NCBI GenBank assembly: GCA_041910095.1
Contig: JAYRRO010000297.1
Coordinates: 1 to 62,633 of the forward strand
Source of the DNA: Dehalococcoidia bacterium
GTDB lineage: Bacteria; Chloroflexota; Dehalococcoidia; Tepidiformales; Tepidiformaceae
DNA length: 62,633 bases
Reading direction: 5' to 3'
The notes under the pieces are model-generated. The model saw nothing but the letters and a program-made list of their open reading frames with translations, was not told where the DNA came from and did no database searches. The first letter of the stretch is position 1; each line of letters opens with the position of its first letter. Below, piece by piece: positions 56,310 through 62,633 of the stretch. The translations under genes were made by a program, and so were the position numbers.

Positions 56310-58043
56310 GTGACGACTCCAACAATGGCTCGGAAGCTGCGCCCGGGGCAGGCGGAGGCGCTGGCCCGCTGGGGCGATGCGCTGCGCCAGGGGTCCCGCT
56401 CCGAACTCGTCGTGGTGCCCGTCGGCTATGGGAAGACGGTCATCGGCGTGGGTTCGTTCGAGGTCGCGGCGAACGTGGCGGGTGCGGACACATGCCTGTA
56501 CCTGACGCCGACGGATGTCCTTCGCACGCAGGTCTATGGCGGCGTGGAGAAGGCACTGCGCGTGGCCGGATCGACCCGGAGCATCCGCAAGATCCTCGCC
56601 GACAACGCCGCGCCGGACCGCATCCGGAACACCGGCGCGAACTTCATCGTTGCGACCTATCAGCAGGTGGTGGCGGCGCCGGGGATGTATCAGCGGCTTT
56701 GCCGCGACCGCCGTGTCCACCTCGTCTGCGATGAAGCGCACCATCTCGGCGAGACCGGGCGCTGGGCGGCGACGGTAACAGCGCTGGGGGCCTTCTCGAC
56801 GCTGATGCTCTCGGCGACGCCGGTGCGGCTGGACCGCGACGCCATCGGCGGAGCCCGCTACGCCGAAACGGGCGACGGCTACCGGCAGATTGACCCGCTC
56901 GTGCTCGTGTCGATGCGGCAGGCGTGGAAGGAACGCCACATCCTCAAGCACCTGAACCTGCAGATGAAGGACTATGCCGTGCAGCTGCGAGGCAGCGACG
57001 GTGAAACCTACGAATTCACGGCCTCGGAGATGGCGGAACTGCCCGACTTCGACCAGCGATGCGTGCGGCAGCAGCTGCGCTGGAACGAGGACTACGTCGA
57101 GCCGCTCGTGCGGGAGTTCGCGCTGGCGCTCCAGGCGAAGATCGCCGCGGCGCCGGGACAGCACCAGGGGCTCGTCTTCGCGGCCACGACCGAGCACGCG
57201 AACCACCTGTGGCGGGAGTTCTCGCGGTGGCACCCTTCGCTGCGCTGCGTCGTGGTGCATAGCGGCGACATCGCCGATGCCGAGAACGACCGTCGGCTCA
57301 AAGGCTTCCACGGCGGCGAGTACGACGTACTCATCCAGGTGAAGAAGGCCAGCGAAGGGTTCGACGCCCCGACGGTGAGCGTGCTCCTGAAGCTGGACGC
57401 CGTCTTTAGCCGGGAGCCCGTGATCCAGCAACTCGGGCGGGGGCTTCGCTACAACCACAACCTCCCGGAGCGCCTGAACCTGCTGAACGTGTTCATCGGC
57501 CGGGACCCGCGGCTGGCGAGCATCATCGAGCACCTCGAGCGCGAGGTGCCACCAGCGCCCGTCGCCCTGCGCGCGGAGCCCGGGCTGTTCGGCCGCGATG
57601 AGGACGCCGCGGACGACGATGAGGATACCGTCCCGGGCGAGCTCTTCGAGGACGAAGGGATTGGCCCCGAGATCACGGACGTGGTCGAAGCCGGCGACCT
57701 GAACGTCGACCACACGGGGCAGCTCATCGAGGGGCAGCAGCTGACCATGTTCGGGGTGGCCGCGCCGGCGCCGGTCGCGCGCGCCCAGGCCGCGCCGGAG
57801 CCGCTGCCCGATGTCGTGGACCTCGCCGGGGAGATGCGCGACGCCATCGAGTACTGCAAGACGTGGACGAACCGTGCGGCGAAGGAGCGGGCGCGCCGCC
57901 GGGGGCCGATGGAGAACCACCACGCCGCGCTGAACCTCGCCTATGCCCGGGAGACGGGGAAGCGGGGGGCGCTGCGCACGGCCGTGGAGTACCGCGCCAA
58001 GGGCGACTGGATGAAGCGCCAGTACACGGCCCTGCTCGGATAG
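56310..58043 (+). CDS. Superfamily 2 helicase (ResIII/DEAH + Helicase_C) with an acidic linker and a basic C-terminal tail
   Basis: Motif I 'PVGYGKT', motif II 'CDEAHH', motif III 'SATP' and motif VI 'QQLGRGLR'. ATG 56325 is an alternative start. Confidence 0.8.
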   Translation: MTTPTMARKLRPGQAEALARWGDALRQGSRSELVVVPVGYGKTVIGVGSFEVAANVAGADTCLYLTPTDVLRTQVYGGVEKALRVAGSTRSIRKILADNAAPDRIRNTGANFIVATYQQVVAAPGMYQRLCRDRRVHLVCDEAHHLGETGRWAATVTALGAFSTLMLSATPVRLDRDAIGGARYAETGDGYRQIDPLVLVSMRQAWKERHILKHLNLQMKDYAVQLRGSDGETYEFTASEMAELPDFDQRCVRQQLRWNEDYVEPLVREFALALQAKIAAAPGQHQGLVFAATTEHANHLWREFSRWHPSLRCVVVHSGDIADAENDRRLKGFHGGEYDVLIQVKKASEGFDAPTVSVLLKLDAVFSREPVIQQLGRGLRYNHNLPERLNLLNVFIGRDPRLASIIEHLEREVPPAPVALRAEPGLFGRDEDAADDDEDTVPGELFEDEGIGPEITDVVEAGDLNVDHTGQLIEGQQLTMFGVAAPAPVARAQAAPEPLPDVVDLAGEMRDAIEYCKTWTNRAAKERARRRGPMENHHAALNLAYARETGKRGALRTAVEYRAKGDWMKRQYTALLG

Positions 58044-58109
58044 CTCGCCCGGGCACTTCGGGGCGAACGGCCCGGAAGTCTGGAGCCGCTCCAGCCATAT
58101 AATCGCGCC

Positions 58110-59144
58110 ATGCGCCTCGACTTCCTTCGCGCTCTGCCCCTGAGCACGCGCCTGCGCGTGGCGCTTTCACTGGTCGGGGCGACGATTTGCTGGGGCACAC
58201 TTGGGTACATGCTCTTCGGGCTGTCGCTCGTCGATGCGCTGTACCAGACGGTCACCACGGTGACGACGGTCGGCTTCCGGGAGCTGAAGCCGTTCAACAC
58301 GGCGGAGAAGGTGTTCACGATGTTCCTCATCCTCACGGGGGTGGGGACGGTGCTGTACACGCTCACGCTGGTCGTGCAGGAGTCTCTCGAGGGCGACATC
58401 GGGACGCGGTTCTACCGCAGGAGACGCGAGATGGAGATCAGCCGGCTGCGGGAGCACTACGTCCTGTGCGGATTCGGGCGCGTTGGCCAGGAGATCGCGC
58501 GAGAGCTGAACGAACGCGGCCAGCCGTTCGTCGTCATCGAGCAGACGCCGGAGCAGGCCGAGGTGGCGCGGCGCTTCGGGTACCTCGTCATCGAGGGCGA
58601 CGCCTCGAGCGAGCGCGTGCTCGTGCAGGCTCAGATCGGAACGGCGCGCTGCCTGTTGGCGGCGAGCGACAGCGACGCGGGGAACACCTACATCACGCTC
58701 ACGGCGCGCAACGTGAACCCGGGGCTGTTCATCGTGGCGCGCGCGGCGCTGCCGCACAACGAGGAGAAGCTGCGGCTCGCGGGAGCCGACCGGGTGCTTT
58801 CGCTCTACAGCCTGGGCGGGCGGCGCATGGTGCTGCTCGCGATGCAGCCGCTGGCGGCGGACTTTATGGACACGCTGGCAACGGGCCGCCACGGGGATCT
58901 CGTGCTGGCGGAGTTCGAAGTCAACGCCGAGAACGAGCTCGCGGGACAATCGGCGGGGCAGCTGGTGGCCGGTACCACGAACGCCACGCTGCTGGGCATC
59001 CGGCGGCGCGGCGGCGAGCTGCTCGTGGGGCCGCGGGAAACGGAGTGCCTGAACGACGGCGACATCGTCATCGTGCTCGCGGAAGAAGGCGACATCGCCA
59101 CGCTGACCACGACGCAGCCCAGGCGCGCGCGGGCGATGGGGTAG
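58110..59144 (+). CDS. Two-TM potassium-channel-like protein with RCK (TrkA-N/TrkA-C) domains
   Basis: Pore segment 'YQTVTTVTTVGFRE' and Rossmann motif 'VLCGFGRVGQEIA', plus a TrkA-C-like C-terminus. TATAAT lies 6 nt before the ATG. Confidence 0.85.
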   Translation: MRLDFLRALPLSTRLRVALSLVGATICWGTLGYMLFGLSLVDALYQTVTTVTTVGFRELKPFNTAEKVFTMFLILTGVGTVLYTLTLVVQESLEGDIGTRFYRRRREMEISRLREHYVLCGFGRVGQEIARELNERGQPFVVIEQTPEQAEVARRFGYLVIEGDASSERVLVQAQIGTARCLLAASDSDAGNTYITLTARNVNPGLFIVARAALPHNEEKLRLAGADRVLSLYSLGGRRMVLLAMQPLAADFMDTLATGRHGDLVLAEFEVNAENELAGQSAGQLVAGTTNATLLGIRRRGGELLVGPRETECLNDGDIVIVLAEEGDIATLTTTQPRRARAMG

Positions 59145-60323
59145 TCACGCCGCCGGGTCGAGCACGACCTTGACGCACCCATCGCGCTTTTCGCGGAACG
59201 TACGGTACGCCTGCGGGGCATCAGCCAGCGGGAGCCGATGGGTCACGAGGAACGAAGGGTCGAGCGTCCCGCCTTCGATCTCGCGGAGGAGCGCGGGGAT
59301 GTAGCGATGCACATGCGTCTGGCCCATGCGGAAGGAGAGGCCCTTGCCGAAGGCGGCACCGAGCGGCATCGAATCGATGAAGCCGCTGTAAACGCCCGGG
59401 ATCGATACGGTGCCGCCGGGCCGGCATGCCTGGATGGCCTGCCGGAGGGCGGTCGGCCGGTCCGTCTGCATCCGGACGGCCTGTTTGGCTTTGTCGTAGA
59501 GCCCCGAGATACCCACGGCATGCGCCTCCATGCCGACGGCGTCGATGACGGCATCGGGGCCCCGGCCGCCGGTCAGCTCTTTCAACGTCTCCACCACGTC
59601 TTCCGTCTCATCCAGGTTGACCGTCTCCGCGTGGCAACGTTCTTTGGCTAACTGGAGACGCTCGGGGACGCGGTCGATGACGATCACGCACTCGGCGCCG
59701 AGAAGGTGGGCGCAAAGCGCGGCAAGCAATCCGACCGGTCCCGCGCCCCACACCGCGACGCTGTCGCCCGGCCGAATATTGCAGTTCTCCGCCGCCATGT
59801 AGCCGGTGGGAAGGATGTCCGTGAGGAATAGGACCTGCTCATCGCGCAGGCCGGCGGGCACGGGGTGGGCGCCGACATCGGCGTAGGGCACGCGCACGAA
59901 CTCGGCCTGGCCGCCGGCATATCCGCCATAGAGGTGTGAATACCCGAACAGGCCGGCGCCGGTGTAGCCGTTCAGCGCAGCAAGCACCCTGCCAGACGGA
60001 TTCGTGTTCTCGCAGAGGGCGAACTCGGTGCGCGCGCAAAATGCGCACGACCCGCAGGCGATGGCGAAGGGCACAACAACCCGGTCGCCGGGGCGCAGGT
60101 TCGCTACTTCCGGCCCGCACTCCACCACCTCGCCCATGAACTCGTGGCCGAGGATGTCCCCCGCCCGCATGGACGGGATGTATCCGTCGTACATGTGAAG
60201 GTCACTCCCGCAAATGGCGGTGGAGGTGACACGGAGGATCGCATCGCGGCCGTCAAGGATGGCGGGATCGGGGACCTCGCGCACTTCGATGCCATTGCGG
60301 CCAGTCCAGCAAACGGCGCGCAT
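59145..60323 (-). CDS. Zinc-dependent alcohol/formaldehyde dehydrogenase family protein
   Basis: 'CGSDLHMY', 'GHEFMGEVVE', structural Zn 'CGSCAFCA....C', and 'VWGAGPVG'. Its ATG shares one nucleotide with the upstream TGA. Confidence 0.9.
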   Translation of the reverse strand: MRAVCWTGRNGIEVREVPDPAILDGRDAILRVTSTAICGSDLHMYDGYIPSMRAGDILGHEFMGEVVECGPEVANLRPGDRVVVPFAIACGSCAFCARTEFALCENTNPSGRVLAALNGYTGAGLFGYSHLYGGYAGGQAEFVRVPYADVGAHPVPAGLRDEQVLFLTDILPTGYMAAENCNIRPGDSVAVWGAGPVGLLAALCAHLLGAECVIVIDRVPERLQLAKERCHAETVNLDETEDVVETLKELTGGRGPDAVIDAVGMEAHAVGISGLYDKAKQAVRMQTDRPTALRQAIQACRPGGTVSIPGVYSGFIDSMPLGAAFGKGLSFRMGQTHVHRYIPALLREIEGGTLDPSFLVTHRLPLADAPQAYRTFREKRDGCVKVVLDPAA

Positions 60324-60865
60324 CAGGCGGCTCCTCTCTTCGCGGCGGACGGCCGGTTGCGGCCGTGGGATTGCCCCTCGGTAGTCGGCGCGCGGCCAGT
60401 CTCCATCAGTGCCTTGAACCTCCGGACATCTTCGTCGAGCTGTTGTGCCGGGTCCCCGCCAATCGGCCTGGCGATGCCCTTCGCCGCTTCGCCCGCCGGG
60501 GGATCGTAGGTGAGGACGGCGGTCATCTCGGTGCCGCGGCCGGCGGGCGCCGCATGAAACGCGACTTCGCCCGCGAGCGCGCTGCCGGGCCCCGGTAGCG
60601 AACGCCACGAGATGAATTCGTCCGGGATGTCCTCGACCACCTCCGCATCCCATTCGAGCGCCTCCCCGGCGGGCGCTTTCGCCACCCAGTGGGAGCGCCG
60701 GCCGGACGGGTCGACGGTGACGGACTCGAGCGCGTGCATGAAGGACGGCAGGCGGGCGAAGTCCCGCCAGAGGGCATAGCATTCGGCGGGGGTCCGAAGG
60801 AGGGTAACGGTGCGCTGGATACGGCGGCGGCCATCCGCCTCGCGGATCTCGAGAGCCACGGGCAT
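60323..60865 (-). CDS. SRPBCC (cyclase/dehydrase-like) family protein
   Basis: 'LLRTPAECYALWRDFARLPSFMHALESV....HW' is typical of SRPBCC proteins, followed by a disordered basic tail. Confidence 0.7.
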   Translation of the reverse strand: MPVALEIREADGRRRIQRTVTLLRTPAECYALWRDFARLPSFMHALESVTVDPSGRRSHWVAKAPAGEALEWDAEVVEDIPDEFISWRSLPGPGSALAGEVAFHAAPAGRGTEMTAVLTYDPPAGEAAKGIARPIGGDPAQQLDEDVRRFKALMETGRAPTTEGQSHGRNRPSAAKRGAA

Positions 60866-60956
60866 CTCCGTGTTGGAGTCCCCTCAGGCTGCGGTCCGGA
60901 GAATCAGAGGCGGACGCGTGCCCGGTCCGGCGGCGCGGCTAAACCATCGCAGATGG

Positions 60957-61973
60957 CTAGCCTTCCAGCGCGGAATGGTCCGGGACGATTTCAACCGGTT
61001 CCCCGGCGAGGGCCCGGTCACGGGTGCGCTCCCAGAACGCCCAGAAGGCATCGAGTGCCTCGTCGCGTGAACGTGCCGGGTGCACGGCGGCGCGCGCGGC
61101 CTTCGACCTGCGGAAGTTCATCGTGTACCAGCCGAGGTGCTTGCGGAGCTGGTTCAGCAGGTAGCGCGGGTTGTCTGCGTAGTGCTCCTCGATCAGGGCG
61201 ACGTGACGGCGGGTTGCGGCGGTCATCCGCTCCCAGCGCGCCGCCGTATCGAGCGCGTCGAGGGTTTCATCGAAGACCCACGGCCGGCCGAGCGCGCCGC
61301 GGCCGATCATGACCGACTGGCAGCTCGTCTCGGCCATCATGCGGCGGGCGTCGGCCATGGAGCGCACGTCGCCGTTGCCGGTCACGGGGATGTCCACGGC
61401 TTCGACCACGTCGCGGATGATCTGCCACGGCGCGCGGCCGGTGAACTGCTGGCTGCGGGTTCGGGGGTGCACCGTGAGGGCATCGACGCCCTCGTCCTGG
61501 AGCATGCGGGCGACCTCGACCGCGTTCAGGTGCTCGTCGTCCCAGCCGCCCCGGATTTTCACCGTGAACGGGACCGCGATGGCACGGCGGAGGGCCCGGA
61601 CCAGCAGCGCCGTCGCCGGGATGTCGCGCATCAGTGCCGAGCCCTTGCCCTGCCGAACGATCTTGTTGACGGGGCAGCCCATGTTGAGGTCGATGATGTC
61701 GGCGCCCGCCGCCTGCAGGGCCTCGGCTGCGGGCACGAGGACTGCGGCATCGCAGCCGAGGAGCTGCATCGCGAGCGGGCGCTCCTCCGGATAGAAGCGA
61801 GCGATCTCGCGCGCGACGGGGTTCTCGCGCACGAGCGACATGGCGTCGATCTCCTCGGAGGTGGTCATCGCGCTGCCGCATTCGCGCGCCACGAGCCGGA
61901 AGGGGGCATTGGAGATGCCCGCCATGGGAGCGAGCCGCGCGATGCCGGCCACGGGGACGGTACCGATCTGCAT
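60957..61973 (-). CDS. dus: tRNA-dihydrouridine synthase
   Basis: 'LAPMAGISNAPFR', 'DLNMGCP' and 'VKIR'. ATG 61973 is preferred because a GATACT hexamer lies 6 nt upstream. Confidence 0.9.
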   Translation of the reverse strand: MQIGTVPVAGIARLAPMAGISNAPFRLVARECGSAMTTSEEIDAMSLVRENPVAREIARFYPEERPLAMQLLGCDAAVLVPAAEALQAAGADIIDLNMGCPVNKIVRQGKGSALMRDIPATALLVRALRRAIAVPFTVKIRGGWDDEHLNAVEVARMLQDEGVDALTVHPRTRSQQFTGRAPWQIIRDVVEAVDIPVTGNGDVRSMADARRMMAETSCQSVMIGRGALGRPWVFDETLDALDTAARWERMTAATRRHVALIEEHYADNPRYLLNQLRKHLGWYTMNFRRSKAARAAVHPARSRDEALDAFWAFWERTRDRALAGEPVEIVPDHSALEG

Positions 61974-62173
61974 CAGACCAGTATCCGGGCAGCGGTGGCC
62001 GGTGCCCACCGCTGGCATGCGGTCGTCGCGATTTATGTCGTGTCCAACCATAGCCGGCATGGTTCGTCAACGGACCAAGGTACGGCCGCCCGGGTGCGAC
62101 CTCTGCAACTCCTTTACCCGCATGCCCGGACGGCAGGATGAGTGCATCCACCGGAGAGAAGGGAATCACACGA

Positions 62174-62617
62174 ATGAATCGGAAACTGCTGGTTGCACCG
62201 CTGGCCGCGTTGGCGGCGACTTCGGTGCTGCTCGCCGGCTGCGGCGCGGACGACTCGGCCGACGCCTCGGTCGAACTCGGAGACTTCAACTTCAAGTTCG
62301 ATGCGAAGGACATCAAGCCAGGCACGGGCTCGCTGGAGTTCGAGAACAAGGGCAAGCAGACGCATGAAGCCGTACTGGCGAAGGTCGCACCGGGCGTGAA
62401 CGTGCAGGAGGCGCTGTCTTCCGGCGGGCCGCCCGAGGGCGTGGAAGTGCTGTTCGTGGTCGCCGAGATGAAGCCGGGCGACAGGGCGACGTACACGGTC
62501 GGCAAGAACCTGGAGAAGGGGCACTACGTGATGGTGTGCACGTTCCCGGACACGAGCGACGCCCAGGGCACGCCGCACTTCGCGAAGGGCATGATCTCGG
62601 AGTTCGACATCAGCTGA
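62174..62617 (+). CDS. Cupredoxin-like lipoprotein
   Basis: Lipobox 'LLAGC'. Candidate copper ligands are 'THEAV', 'VMVCTFP', 'PHF' and 'GM'. GAGAAGGGA lies upstream of ATG 62174. Confidence 0.65.
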   Translation: MNRKLLVAPLAALAATSVLLAGCGADDSADASVELGDFNFKFDAKDIKPGTGSLEFENKGKQTHEAVLAKVAPGVNVQEALSSGGPPEGVEVLFVVAEMKPGDRATYTVGKNLEKGHYVMVCTFPDTSDAQGTPHFAKGMISEFDIS

Positions 62618-62633
62618 GTGTGGCCGAACCACC

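Noticed and set aside
56310-59144. Helicase plus ion channel as a two-gene defence system
   Set aside because: The channel has its own promoter-like element and is a standard RCK K+-channel homologue. No nuclease, methyltransferase, TIR, SIR2 or similar effector is present. Adjacency alone is not evidence.

Overview
GC-rich bacterial chromosomal window (62.6 kb), densely packed with about 65 protein genes, two tRNAs and no recognisable mobile element, CRISPR array or prophage. Most six-frame ORFs in the track are antisense or out-of-frame shadows typical of high-GC DNA. I kept only frames with recognisable family motifs or sensible start contexts.

Content, left to right:
- A DUF4388 / Roadblock-LC7 / DUF4388 / zinc-ribbon cluster.
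- About 0.55 kb with no convincing coding frame, then tRNA-Lys(CTT) and tRNA-Leu(TAG).
- Orphan oppD/oppF-type ABC ATPases, a NUDIX hydrolase, an M28 peptidase, a LysM lipoprotein and a crotonase.
- ctaG, divergent from an aa3-type oxidase operon (coxB-ctaD-ctaE). Its last gene fuses a two-TM module and an ABM-like domain to two tandem cupredoxin domains.
- Two family III CoA-transferases, hflX, a prepilin peptidase and an M20 peptidase.
- A tri-domain adenylase / carrier / lysophospholipid-acyltransferase gene and an MBL hydrolase.
- Nickel SOD with its maturation protease (sodN-sodX).
- panD-panB-panC behind a long terminator-containing leader.
- A second tandem-cupredoxin protein, then a DmpA-like peptidase, a hypothetical protein, an APH-like kinase and mutM in one operon.
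- ruvA, an apparently circularly permuted DsbA-like protein, an MFS transporter, gatCA, a class A PBP, a formyltransferase, a GNAT and a degenerate GGDEF protein.
- The conserved rpsB-tsf-pyrH-frr-uppS-cdsA block.
- Fatty-acid / CoA-type enzymes, an orphan receiver domain, a CHAP/SH3b wall hydrolase, an SF2 helicase, an RCK K+ channel, an ADH, an SRPBCC protein, dus and a third cupredoxin lipoprotein.

Main points worth a second look:
- The oxidase-linked cupredoxin fusion, and the general abundance of cupredoxins.
- The permuted DsbA.
- The pan leader, a riboswitch or attenuator candidate.
- A recurrent geometry of a -10 hexamer, 6-7 nt, then the start codon, which implies leaderless mRNAs.
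- A recurring CCCTCC/GGAGGG hairpin.
- The tri-domain acyl-activating acyltransferase.

Lineage is not determinable here. The features fit Chloroflexota, Actinomycetota or related high-GC lineages.
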